Assembly (NCBI GenBank): GCA_020184695.1 | Contig: JAANOX010000243.1 | Location: 124,001-188,000, forward strand | Length of the DNA: 64,000 bases | Source: Histomonas meleagridis 2922-C6/04-290x | Taxonomy: Eukaryota; Protista; Parabasalia | Direction of reading: 5' to 3' | Shown here: one piece after another, positions 10,419 to 22,199 of the stretch | Position numbering within the stretch: position 1 is the first letter of the stretch | Layout of the letters: every line of letters starts with the position of its first letter | Program-made: the position numbers and the translations under genes | The notes under the pieces: generated by a model | What the model saw: the letters and a program-made list of their open reading frames with translations, nothing else | What the model was told of the DNA's origin: nothing | The model's database searches: none

Positions 10419-11502
10419 ACTAAACTTTATATGAATTTAAATTTTAATTCTATATGAAATAAGTTAAATTAAATTTATAAGCGATAAACAAAAGAATATT
10501 ACATCAATTATTTTAAGCATGATATAAAAACTATTTTAAATTTCTTTTTATTAACTTAATATTTTCATAAATCAAATAATAATTATTCGCACAAATACAG
10601 AATAACATTGCAACAAATTGGTGATTAATAATTGTTTTATATATGTAGCAAATTAATTTGCCTTAAGGCGGTGTGTTCGAGAATGGCTCTTCGAAATCAA
10701 ATTCATTAAAGAACGAGTGCAAAATGATCTCCTCGAAGCCATACCGCTCTGTCTAGTCGCATGTCACAGCATACAGGTATGACAAAGCTATCGATGTTAT
10801 GTGACAGTACCTCTGTTTATACCTATCATCAAATCACCGAGATGCATCGCATTTCGAATAATTAGAACCACCACCACACCAAACATGCGGCCACATCCCT
10901 CTATCAGATTTGGCACAATTCGTATTCGTCGGATTTACATAAACCTCGACCAAATAACACTGTTTTGTCAAGTTTTGAATAATATATTTATTTATTATAT
11001 AAATAAAAATAAAAATCATTTTCTTTTTTTTCTCTTGGACGACGAAAAAACACTCGTTATATATGGGTGAATAATTTTATTTAAACAATGAAAATAGAGA
11101 ATGACCACAATATAAGGTTCAACAACGTGAGTAAGTATCTTGATAATTTTTGTCTTTATTAATATTTAAAAAATTTCTATTTAAATTCGAATTGTATTAA
11201 AACTTTTTTTTGATATTTTATAAATATAACCAAAATATGTACATTTTATGTCTTGCTTTTTCTCATTTAATTTTTATTTATTAAGATAAAGATACTCGAA
11301 ATGAAAAAAAACGATGGACTATTTGATATGTTTACAAATTAAACGGTTTCTTCCCACAAACGTTATTCATTTCTTATAGAAAATTATACATACTCAATTT
11401 TCATTTAAAATAAAAATGTAAGAAATGATAACTTTCTTTTATAAAAAACAAGAATAGATAGTCCACTTTATTTCCAAACTAACATTTTCTGTGGAATCAA
11501 AA

Positions 11503-12240
11503 TTACCAAAATTTCAGATTAAAATCATCAGGTGATTCAAAGGAATAATCATCTCCATTATCTTCGAATATATCGAAATTGGTACTTAAATCTCTGTCCA
11601 GTGCTTTTGGAGAAAATTCAGTTGTATTGCTTTTCTTCAAAGGAGCTGATGATGGTAAATTTAAGTGTGGAATCGACAGTGCTTCAATAGGCTGTGTGTA
11701 TTCAACAAATATTTGTCCTTTTGGTGGTCTCTGTAATGGTTTTTTGGAATTATTAATTTCCATAAATTGTTGAGCCATAATGCCAGAAAGATATGCTCTG
11801 ACAGTCCATTGGCGACATAGCTGTGGATTGCTTGCAATTGATGGGAGTGCATTTTTAAGGCATAAGCAAACTCTTGCCTTAATCTTAATTGTAGTATATC
11901 CTAATTGGTGAAATCCATTATTTATACTTGATTTGCATCTGCAAATGAGTTTGATGAGTTGCTGCGTGTTTACACAGAAGTAATTTCCTGTATATAGTAA
12001 ACCAGCAGCAATAGCCCTCTGTTCTCTATCTTTTGGCGATCTGTTTACAAAAGCTATAATTTTGCTGATTTCTTGTTGAAATGTTGCAGTATGGCGGTCT
12101 TTTGATTGGACAATATTAAAAGAATTTCGAAGACGCTCATATTCATCACGATCCTCTTTTGATAAACAGGAAATTGAATCAATTATTGGTCCTGTGAATG
12201 CTTCTGAGAGATCAGAGGAATCATCAAAATCAGAAATCAT
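11503..12240 (-). CDS. Initiator-binding-domain (IBD, IBP39 family) transcription factor
   Basis: LSKEDRDEYERLR...ISKIIAFVNRS...RAIAAGL...VNTQQLIKLICRCKSSINNGFHQLGY is the typical parabasalid IBD signature. First ATG is at 12240. Confidence 0.88.
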   Translation of the reverse strand: MISDFDDSSDLSEAFTGPIIDSISCLSKEDRDEYERLRNSFNIVQSKDRHTATFQQEISKIIAFVNRSPKDREQRAIAAGLLYTGNYFCVNTQQLIKLICRCKSSINNGFHQLGYTTIKIKARVCLCLKNALPSIASNPQLCRQWTVRAYLSGIMAQQFMEINNSKKPLQRPPKGQIFVEYTQPIEALSIPHLNLPSSAPLKKSNTTEFSPKALDRDLSTNFDIFEDNGDDYSFESPDDFNLKFW

Positions 12241-12866
12241 TTTTTGAGAGATATCGATCACTTAATTATGACATGTCATGTGAAATAGTAAATCGCCACA
12301 CAAAAACTTTTGGCTCACTAAAATAAAGTCATGAATTTTTTTGGTAACCGCCAGAGAAAGAACAATCGATACCGGTTTTTTTACAACCAAGGCACAAAAA
12401 GTTGAGCTTTTTGATACAAAACCGTGTTGTTTTGATTGAAAATTTACGATAGTAATATAAATCAATCAAACACAATTGAATGGTTTACAAATTGTTAAGT
12501 TTTAAAACGACCCGCTCACCTCATGTTTTTGATCTTTTTATGTATCTTTGGAAATTCTATTTTTATACGCATTTTTCTAATAAAATTCATTTTATTTTCT
12601 ATTAAAATATCATCTATATGTTGATTGTATTTCAAAATATATCTAATTATCTTCCATTTATTAAGAGGCTCCCAATATTTTTCTATTATACTTTTTTCTT
12701 TTTTATAATTATATATCGCAAACAGCGTGAAGCGCATTCTTGTATTATATAAAATGAAAAGTAGGCTTTAATAGTTATTATAAATAGGATATTTTGAATA
12801 TTCCCTAAAAATCATTCCTTTCTAACTTTCTAAGAATATAAATAGAAGAATTTGAATTATTATTGT

Positions 12867-13642
<776 letters not shown>

Positions 13643-14413
13643 TCATCATTTATTAATATTAAAAAAGTTAGTTAGATGGCAAAGAATGAAAAAAATCACA
13701 GCAACAGAATAGATTTGTCTAATTTTGATTAGATTATTTTACCATAGATAAATATTTGAAACTTTTCACATAAGGTTTATTGAGATATGATGAATATTTA
13801 AAGTTATATCGATTTTAAATTTAGAAGCATTTTTATGAAAATAAATTTATAATATTTTGTTTAAGTTATTAGGTGTATTCTATGTCATGTAAAAAATATA
13901 ATGTTAGTCATAAGGGATACCCCTATCTCTGATAAGAGATGATATGATAATAATAAATTTTTTGTGAGCTTTATTCAATTTTTAGAACATTCATCTATGA
14001 AAAAGTGAAACAATCATCATTTTTTTCCATTAAAGATTTACATCAATATCTTCAATTAATCCAAAATTATCTACATAATCTGTGAAAAAAATAAAAAAAT
14101 TTTTTACAAAAGGATTTTTTAAAATATTAAATATATGATGAGTTTTCTTAGTAAAGAAAAATCTGACGAAATGCATTAATATGGAGATTTTTATGAATAA
14201 TTAATGAAACATAATTTTGTTTATATAGTTCAATAGAAAATTTTTGTTAGTACAAAATGGTATTAAAACAAATTTAATATCTTATTAATTCATCGAGTTG
14301 AGACTTTGGTGACATGAGAGCGTTAACAATGTATTTCCTAAGAAGAACGTTTAAATCACATGAGAACGTTAACAACCAAGAATTCAATTTTTTACATCAC
14401 TTGTCCAGCAAAT

Positions 14414-16315
14414 ATGGAGAACCTTCCCACTCCACCTGATTTGAACCCAGACGACATAAAATCCATGATCTATGAAAGTATCTATTACTTCAAGCAATTA
14501 TCTGAGTTCAAAAATTTCATGCAATATTTAGATGATCCAGATATTTTAATAAGTTTTCTGATGAAATTGAAAAATAATCTCGCAAACTCAGATATTTCGG
14601 CAGGGGAACTCGCCAGATGGTTTTGGTTTACATTAGACTATCAATATTTGTTCCCACGACTTTTTATTTCTTTAATCATTGCCTTTGTTTCTAAAAAGGA
14701 TGAATACATTAGAATAGTATTTGATATGATCCCTTCATTAGCTGTATCAGCTAAGAACATTCTATTGCGTCATGTTGCAGTTGTATGTGGAGAAGAAAAA
14801 TTTTCAGATTCACCTTTTTTACTTGTTAACCATAAAGAAATGATCAAGCAAATGCCTAACTTTGTTGTTAACCATCCTGATCATCTTTCCCAAGCAATTG
14901 AATTTCTATATTTTAATATCAAAGTTTCACAAACAGAAGAACTTACAAAGTATGTCGAGGAATTCTTAGACACAAGAGACCAATATCAAGGGGAAAGCTA
15001 TGAAGCGTATTTCCAAATTGGAATTACATTAATCGAGAGACTTATTAATAACAATCTTTTAAAGCCATCTCTTCTATGCGAGCTCATTCCTCAGATTCTT
15101 GAATTTATTCAACATGGTCTTCCCAAAAAAGAAAAATCAGCAATTATCGAGCCAAAGAACTTGAGTGATAAAGTATATGAATCCTTAAAGAAATTCTCAC
15201 TTAAGTGTTGTCGTGGCTTTAACGACTCATCCAAGGCATATGATTTCATCACACAAACAGAGTTCGCACCCGAAATGGCACCTGAAATTACAAAAATTGC
15301 AATTGAGCATAATTCGATCGACATTCTCAAAAAGTGTGCGATTCAATGGCCGATAGAAGACGTTTTTTTGTTAATTTTAGGTTTTTGTCTTAAAAAAAAT
15401 ATCGAGTTATTTACTGGAATTGTACCAGAAATTCCAAAAGGATCTAAGGTACCAATACAGTTTTTATCTCAAATTGACCCTAACACATCACCATACCTCA
15501 TTCGAAATTTTTTGAAATCAGAATTATCTGACCGAAATAAATCAGGATCTGAGGCCGCGATAACAAAATATTTGATTGCAGTCCATAAGTTTCCAAAAGA
15601 GTTCTACGAAATTGTTTTTGCTGAACCATTCGTTTTCCAACAACCTGATATGATTAACTTCGTAACTCAAGGTTCTCTTAGATCTGGTGTTTCTCCTTTA
15701 GTAGTTCTAGATTTCATTAGACGAACAAAGCCAGAAATTAACACTTTTTGGCTTCAGTGCACTGTTTTGGATTACATCAAAGACGAAAACGTTTACAACG
15801 GTTTTGCTGACGAACTCATTCAAAAATTGACTGAACGAAATCCATCTTTCCAACGCTTAAATGATCTGAAGCTAAAAGTTCTTATGAGTCATTTCTCAAA
15901 GCAAAACGTTAGGGAAAGTTTACTGCAACATTTGCTCGAAAAATGTAATACAAAAGAACTTTTGATACATTTCTGTTTTCTTGCAAAACAAAATGGTTCA
16001 ATGGATTTGGAATTAATTGGTATGAAAAAAATGCTTAGCCTTGATAAGGCAGTTCCTTCTTTCGTTGAGCAATTTAGAATTTACATTAGCGCATTAAATC
16101 TTATGATCGAACTTGGAATAGATTGCGATATTGCATCGATTATTGAAAATGCAATAAAGTTACTCCAAAGTACAAAGAATGAGAAGTTTCCACTTTTGAC
16201 ACCAAATCAAATTGAACACTTTAAAACGTTTTTAAAAAAACTTCAAAATGTGGAAAAGTTTGGCAACTTGGCTAATAAAATTGATGAAATAAGAAAATTG
16301 ATTGATCAAGAATGA
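14414..16315 (+). CDS. Helical-solenoid hypothetical protein (weak VPS35-family resemblance at the N-terminus)
   Basis: Long ORF. An Inr TCACT at 14397-14401 favours the second Met (14414). YQYLFPRLFISLI resembles the PRLYL motif of VPS35/VPS35L; the family call is tentative. Confidence 0.7.
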   Translation: MENLPTPPDLNPDDIKSMIYESIYYFKQLSEFKNFMQYLDDPDILISFLMKLKNNLANSDISAGELARWFWFTLDYQYLFPRLFISLIIAFVSKKDEYIRIVFDMIPSLAVSAKNILLRHVAVVCGEEKFSDSPFLLVNHKEMIKQMPNFVVNHPDHLSQAIEFLYFNIKVSQTEELTKYVEEFLDTRDQYQGESYEAYFQIGITLIERLINNNLLKPSLLCELIPQILEFIQHGLPKKEKSAIIEPKNLSDKVYESLKKFSLKCCRGFNDSSKAYDFITQTEFAPEMAPEITKIAIEHNSIDILKKCAIQWPIEDVFLLILGFCLKKNIELFTGIVPEIPKGSKVPIQFLSQIDPNTSPYLIRNFLKSELSDRNKSGSEAAITKYLIAVHKFPKEFYEIVFAEPFVFQQPDMINFVTQGSLRSGVSPLVVLDFIRRTKPEINTFWLQCTVLDYIKDENVYNGFADELIQKLTERNPSFQRLNDLKLKVLMSHFSKQNVRESLLQHLLEKCNTKELLIHFCFLAKQNGSMDLELIGMKKMLSLDKAVPSFVEQFRIYISALNLMIELGIDCDIASIIENAIKLLQSTKNEKFPLLTPNQIEHFKTFLKKLQNVEKFGNLANKIDEIRKLIDQE

Positions 16316-16593
16316 CAATTATATTGTTTTATATATGTAAATTATAATCGAAATTTCTTCTTCTGTTTTAACACTAATGTGAATTGGCTTATTTAGAACA
16401 AATCATTTATTTTTTGAGATATATTGGCAATTAATTATTGTGGCAAGTAACTATTTACTTAAATTCTCAAACAGAGGCATGATAAGAACATAATTATTTG
16501 ACTTTTTTGAAAATTTTCATAAGGTTGTAAATAACAAATAAATGATGAGCATGTGCTTTATTCAAAAACCATATGTAATTATGAGGAATTTAT

Positions 16594-16671
16594 TTACCGA
16601 GCCTTTGCTCTCATTTGCCTCCTCTTCCTCTTAAGTCTCCGCATACGTTTCTTCAACCATTTACCACGCAT
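16594..16671 (-). CDS. RPL41: Ribosomal protein eL41 (L41), 25 aa
   Basis: Translates to [25 protein letters not shown], matching the eL41 pattern [21 protein letters not shown]. Too short for the ORF track. Confidence 0.95.
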   Translation of the reverse strand: [25 protein letters not shown]

Positions 16672-16677
16672 CTTCCA

Positions 16678-16697
16678 AAAGGAACGACCAAACCGTT
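16678..16697 (-). promoter_or_regulatory. M3 + M5 core promoter of RPL41
   Basis: Sense AACGGTTT (16697-16690) followed by CCTTT (16682-16678) just upstream of the ATG. This pair is described for T. vaginalis ribosomal-protein genes. Confidence 0.75.
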
Positions 16698-16747
16698 AAA
16701 ACCTCCAAAAACTGTTTTGAGATTTCAAATATGGACAATGTGATGAC

Positions 16748-17092
16748 GAACTGTTTAATGTTATTAATGCTCATTCTGAAGAAAAGTTATCCCAAAACAG
16801 TTAAAGTTCGCTGTGATAATGCATTATAAAAAGTGTTTAAAGTTATCAGTTATTTAAATTAGATAAATTTTTTGTTTTTTTTACTGGAAGTGTTAGTAAT
16901 TATAAAATATTTGTAAATATACTCAATAAAAATATATATTTCAAGATAAAAATATTTTAAATTAAAAAAAAGAAAAAAAAATAAAAAAATTTGGGTGAAC
17001 CGTGAATCGAACACGGATCTATTGAGCCACAATCAACAATACTAACCACTATACCATTCACCCCCTGAATATTTTCAATTAGATATAGTATA
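16748..17092. repeat. Left arm of a 345-bp inverted repeat
   Basis: Reverse complement of 17368-17712. Paired coordinates sum to 34460 at both ends and at the tRNA ends; no mismatch seen by eye. Confidence 0.95.
16992..17063 (-). tRNA. tRNA-His(GTG), copy 1
   Basis: 72-nt cloverleaf: acceptor GGGTGAA/TTCACCC, anticodon arm GTTGA-TTGTGGC-TCAAT, GTTCGA T-loop, downstream T-run terminator. Confidence 0.96.
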
Positions 17093-17367
17093 ATTATATA
17101 AATATCAATTAAATAATTTTGTTGTAGGGTATGTTGGATCTATTCGATATAGAAACAATTGATATTTTTAAATTTATAATAAATTTATAAAACTGTATAT
17201 CTCAACGAAATTCATAAATAAAAATTTTAAATACATATGTGTCATAAAAAATATTTCAATTAAGATATTTTTGTTGTTCAAATGTGATATCCCAGAAATT
17301 CATGAAATAAAACATTGATGGTTTTAAAAACAACATTAATATAACAACATCAATATAATATATAATC

Positions 17368-17712
17368 TATACTATATCTAATTGAAAATATTCAGGGGGT
17401 GAATGGTATAGTGGTTAGTATTGTTGATTGTGGCTCAATAGATCCGTGTTCGATTCACGGTTCACCCAAATTTTTTTATTTTTTTTTCTTTTTTTTAATT
17501 TAAAATATTTTTATCTTGAAATATATATTTTTATTGAGTATATTTACAAATATTTTATAATTACTAACACTTCCAGTAAAAAAAACAAAAAATTTATCTA
17601 ATTTAAATAACTGATAACTTTAAACACTTTTTATAATGCATTATCACAGCGAACTTTAACTGTTTTGGGATAACTTTTCTTCAGAATGAGCATTAATAAC
17701 ATTAAACAGTTC
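17368..17712. repeat. Right arm of a 345-bp inverted repeat
   Basis: Reverse complement of 16748-17092; spacer is 275 bp. Confidence 0.95.
17397..17468 (+). tRNA. tRNA-His(GTG), copy 2
   Basis: Identical to copy 1 (GGGTGAATGGTATAGTGGTTAG...GTTCGATTCACGGTTCACCCA), followed by T-runs. Confidence 0.96.
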
Positions 17713-17774
17713 CAAATTATCACCGCAACAATTTCATTACATTCATCAAAAACGTTTTGTTATTTGGGTATTTT

Positions 17775-20645
17775 TTAGATGGCGTTATAGTTATTTGTGC
17801 CTTTTCCACATGTTACAACGAATGTCACTGTTGCTTCTATTGAGTTACATACGTCAGTCCAAAATGCCTGGAAAGGTACTTCCACGACTCCCTTCACAGC
17901 GAACATTATCAAAGTGCCTATACCGAAGTACGACACTATGAACAATATCACAATCAACAAGAACACTGCTCCAGGCGTCATATTGCTTGAGCTGATTGGG
18001 CATACGTCTGGTGTATGAGCGAACAAAACTATAGAGTTCTGACGAGTTTGGACACCTACTTCATCGAAGTGAATTGTATGCTCAGGTACGGACTGATTAC
18101 ATTGGAATATCATATGTGTCTCGTACTTACCATATCCTCCATCATAGTTCACTGCGACACCTTCGAGTGGCTCTGACTCATTCACTAATGACATATGAAG
18201 TCCATAACGCGCGTCACCAATTGGCCAACAGTAATAATTGTTAATGCACTTCCAAATGTTTCCTTGTTTGACATCGGATGGACATGTGTAACCTTGTGGA
18301 CATGATGTAAGTTGACTTGGCGTATAATCGATTTCTGCTTTGTGATGATTCTTACCAAAGCCTAAAACGACTGGTTCTAAATCACTTTGTAACTTAGACA
18401 AATCTAATTTGATATGTTGACCAGATGAATATGTCTCAAAGACATAATTAATGGTATGTGGCGATGGCTCTGGTGTTGGCGTAACACCAGATGGTGCTAC
18501 TGGCGTCTCGAATTTAGATGGACATATGTATCGTGAGACTGCTTCATATGAAAATTCAGTGCCTGTTGTACTTTGATGATATACAACAATCGAATTGTCA
18601 ATTGGTAATGTGTCAACATTCTTAGATGCTGGATCACAATATGCACGAATCTCCATTCTGACTCCATAATGGCCTTCATAGTTAATGATTAAACCATTGT
18701 CTAATGAATTTTGATCTATTAACATGGACTTAAGACCTGGTAATCGTTTGTCACCAGCAGGATGACAATATGGTTTGTAATCATCATCATACCAACATTG
18801 CCATAAGTTTGCTTCTGTAAACTCTTCACAATCCCATCCTAATGGACATGAAATTAATGACCATGATGAAAATTCTGTATGGATTGAGGACTTACGACCA
18901 CGCTCATATAAGACCATATCTTCTTTAAGGACATCTTCTTCAATTTCTTCCAGATCAACAAAGACATAATGTGTATCATTATGATATAAGAAAAATGGAT
19001 TTGGTGATATAACTGGTGTTGGTGTAGGTGTTGGCCCTTTGACTGGCTTTTGTGGATAAATACGTGGTGGTGGTGTAGGTGTAGGTCCAGAACCTGATGC
19101 ACATGCACTTTTAGTTTGGACAGTGAAATAAAGTGTACGATCTTTGGTTAAAATTGTTTCTGCTAACTTAATTTCACCATCTGCTAAGTTTTCATTACAA
19201 ATGAAATCGACTTCGGCATGTCGCTTAACGTCTCCAGTGTAGGTGACCGTTACGCCATTGAACACATAACCGCCGTTTATCGTTGCGGTTAAATTATTTC
19301 GCATCAAACCATATGCATGACATTCTGGTTGAGTAGTGCCATCAGACCGAGTGCATGCATAAACAGTAGCATCTTCATCATCACAATCTGCTCCGGGTGG
19401 ACATGTCATAGCTCCACATGGTTGGTAGTATAGATCATAAAAAACACGATCTGCAACATTTTTAACTTCTGATTTAAGACCGCCTTCTTTGTTATAAATT
19501 TCAAGATCCATTGATACACTATAATCTGAACCTGGTTGTATATACTCAAATTTACATAAACCTTCAGCTGGCACTGGAACAGGATTTGGAGTTGGACAAG
19601 CATATATTGATTCACCAGCTACTTCTATTACATTACCTTTGTTGTTTGTATAATCAGCTCCTAAAAATACAATATGACCAGCAGGAAGATTTCGATTACA
19701 AGTCAAGTTCAACTGAGCATATTTCCCAGATATTTTTGGATGGTGGTAACGAACATAAAATCCACTGAAAATATCATTATCATCAATAAGATCATCATCA
19801 AGTTCTGAAATTGCAGTATTACCAAGAAGACCATACGACTCACATTCTTTAACATTTTCATCACAAAGCCAAGCAGATGAAGAAGTTTCAGATCCACATG
19901 TAGCACCCCATGGACATTGAAGAATTTGATCAGCAGGAGCTATGAAAATGTAACCACACTTGCCATTGCTTAATTTTGCAGGTGTCATCAAACCGAGAGG
20001 TCCGCCATTAACTTCTTTCAAATCAAATAATATTGCCAAATCTGTATCTTCTGGATGACGGAAAGTAACCAAAGTATCAGTCTCGAAGGCTGGTGTAGGT
20101 GATGGTGTGTTAACTGTTACAACGCTTGGACAACCTCTTTCATCAAGGAATCGAATATGAATTCTTTGGAATTGTTCGGAAACAACATCAACAATGAACT
20201 CGGGCTCTGCTTCTGTTACTCCAGGAGTGCAACGGAACTCGAAGAAAGTTTCCCAGTCATCGTAAGTTTCTGCATTAAGTGCAAATGGTTCACCATCTGC
20301 ATAGTTTATAACACCGGCATCAAGGTTGTTATCAAGAATAGGCTTCCAGTCGAAGTCATAAAAGCTTGCTAAAGGTATACATTTTTGATCATTGTCATTA
20401 CATTTAAATGAGTTTGAGCCTAACTTAACTCCGGTACTTGTGTAGTATGAGGGAAGTTCGTCAGCTGGAACTGCTTCGGCAAAGTGAATATAAAAAGTAT
20501 CCTGGTTTTTATTTTTATATGTGTAAAGCTTACCTGTGGCCGAGGTTAAATTCCAATACCGATCTTTAATAGTGACCCTTGAAAGCCCACGATCAATGGG
20601 TAAAGACGTTCCAGCGCTACCAAGTGTTAATAGAAGGCTAAACAT
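17775..20645 (-). CDS. Type I membrane receptor with about five MRH/ATG27-like domains (mannose-6-phosphate-receptor-like)
   Basis: Signal peptide; five Cys-rich modules separated by Pro/Thr linkers; TM segment GAVFLLIVILFIVSYFGIG followed by VEVPFQAFW, typical of M6PR/ATG27; C-terminal YNAI sorting motif. Confidence 0.8.
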   Translation of the reverse strand: MFSLLLTLGSAGTSLPIDRGLSRVTIKDRYWNLTSATGKLYTYKNKNQDTFYIHFAEAVPADELPSYYTSTGVKLGSNSFKCNDNDQKCIPLASFYDFDWKPILDNNLDAGVINYADGEPFALNAETYDDWETFFEFRCTPGVTEAEPEFIVDVVSEQFQRIHIRFLDERGCPSVVTVNTPSPTPAFETDTLVTFRHPEDTDLAILFDLKEVNGGPLGLMTPAKLSNGKCGYIFIAPADQILQCPWGATCGSETSSSAWLCDENVKECESYGLLGNTAISELDDDLIDDNDIFSGFYVRYHHPKISGKYAQLNLTCNRNLPAGHIVFLGADYTNNKGNVIEVAGESIYACPTPNPVPVPAEGLCKFEYIQPGSDYSVSMDLEIYNKEGGLKSEVKNVADRVFYDLYYQPCGAMTCPPGADCDDEDATVYACTRSDGTTQPECHAYGLMRNNLTATINGGYVFNGVTVTYTGDVKRHAEVDFICNENLADGEIKLAETILTKDRTLYFTVQTKSACASGSGPTPTPPPRIYPQKPVKGPTPTPTPVISPNPFFLYHNDTHYVFVDLEEIEEDVLKEDMVLYERGRKSSIHTEFSSWSLISCPLGWDCEEFTEANLWQCWYDDDYKPYCHPAGDKRLPGLKSMLIDQNSLDNGLIINYEGHYGVRMEIRAYCDPASKNVDTLPIDNSIVVYHQSTTGTEFSYEAVSRYICPSKFETPVAPSGVTPTPEPSPHTINYVFETYSSGQHIKLDLSKLQSDLEPVVLGFGKNHHKAEIDYTPSQLTSCPQGYTCPSDVKQGNIWKCINNYYCWPIGDARYGLHMSLVNESEPLEGVAVNYDGGYGKYETHMIFQCNQSVPEHTIHFDEVGVQTRQNSIVLFAHTPDVCPISSSNMTPGAVFLLIVILFIVSYFGIGTLIMFAVKGVVEVPFQAFWTDVCNSIEATVTFVVTCGKGTNNYNAI

Positions 20646-21229
20646 CAAAGTTGATAACCGATTAATTGAATTTTGATGGTTTTAAAAACTATATTATCAA
20701 AAAGTGTGAAAAGGAGGATAATTGAACGAGCGATAGTTGGTTTATCGGGCTATCAGAAAAAAAGAAAAAATAGATTTAATGTAGCAAATAAAGGATATAT
20801 CATAAAAAACTATATGCATTAAATCATATAAAAATGAATGGCATATGATTATAAATAAAAAATTGAGCTAATATAAAATGGTGATAGAAAGAGGAGACAT
20901 TTTTCTGGATTAAAAAGTGACATTTTATCATTTACAGTTGTATCGGCTTTCAATAAACGGAGCCAAAACATCGAATTGTAATTCGAAATTGTAATCAAAT
21001 TTATCATATAAGAATTAATTATTAACAAAAAAGCTGGACATGCCTGTGTTTATCTATTGGTGTTTCGAAAATCGCATTATATGCGTTTATACATTTTGAC
21101 AACACACTGCCAGAGCTCTGAAAAATTGAATGAATGGGCGATAAAAATGTGGCAAAATGAACACAACTTGATTTCTTATCGTTGATTTGCATCTGTTTTT
21201 GAATATTGTTGTAAAATGATTACCATCAA

Positions 21230-21930
21230 TTTATTTTCGGAAAATCTGAATCAATGGTATGATAATGATTTTAGGTCTTCTATCACTAGAAAAACATTAA
21301 TTTAATATTTCAACTAATTATTATAAAAATAATAGTTTTATATAAAACTATTAGACTGACTCAGTCAGCTACTAAAATTGGCAATGTCTGTCTGTAGCAA
21401 AAAAACGATGAAAACATTAACTTAATAATTGAACAAACAATGAAATTATTCGATTCAAACTTTCCATATACATTTAATTCAATAATGATAAACAATTCGA
21501 TTTATTTTGTATTTATGCAATTGCATGTGGAAATCTTGAAATTATTCAAGCATGTGAACAAAATCATTTAACATTTATAGATGCATCATAATTGCTGTTT
21601 CATATTTATTTCGATAATAATTTTTAATTCAAAAATAATATTTAAAAATTATTTAAAATATCTCGAACAGTACTTATGTGGGCATCCTGTGATGGTTATA
21701 CAGAAATAGTTAAATCTCTTCGTGAACGAAATAGAATTAATACTAATGCCAAAAATAAATATCTTCATTTGTTTTATTTAGAATTTATTCAAATCATTTT
21801 ATATTTCAAAGTAAAATATCGAAATCAATTATCCAAAAAATCACTTATTATGGCATCTGAAAAAGATCAGAAAGAATTAGTTTAACTACTTCTTAAACAA
21901 AAAGGAATTAATAGAATGTTAAATAAAATT
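21230..21930 (+). pseudogene. Decayed DUF3447-type ankyrin gene
   Basis: Fragments YAIACGNLEIIQACEQNH, TVLMWASCDGYTEIVKSL...INTNAKN and SLIMASEKDQKELV*LLLKQKGIN are homologous to the gene at 51.5-53.0 kb; stops and deletions present. The 5' boundary is approximate. Confidence 0.75.
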
Positions 21931-22199
21931 TTATGAAAATATGTTTCAAGCAACTTATGCTTGAGCTCAAGCAATATTAGCAATGTAGGTAGAATAAGTG
22001 ATTTTTCAGATATCACAAATATTTTCTCTATTTCCAACTCTACTTATTCAACTAAATATATTGTTATTAACATTTTTTTTTATTGAAGAATGCAAATAAA
22101 AATTTTGTTGAAATTTGATGCAATTCTAATTCTAAAGCTTCAATTTCTCAATTATAAAAGAAAATTTTAAATCATTTTTACAAATAATAAAAATGTGTC

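Noticed and set aside
11131-11138. GTAAGTAT, the reverse complement of the U1 snRNA 5' end
   Set aside because: The continuation does not match ACUUACCUG, and no U1 stems or Sm site were seen.
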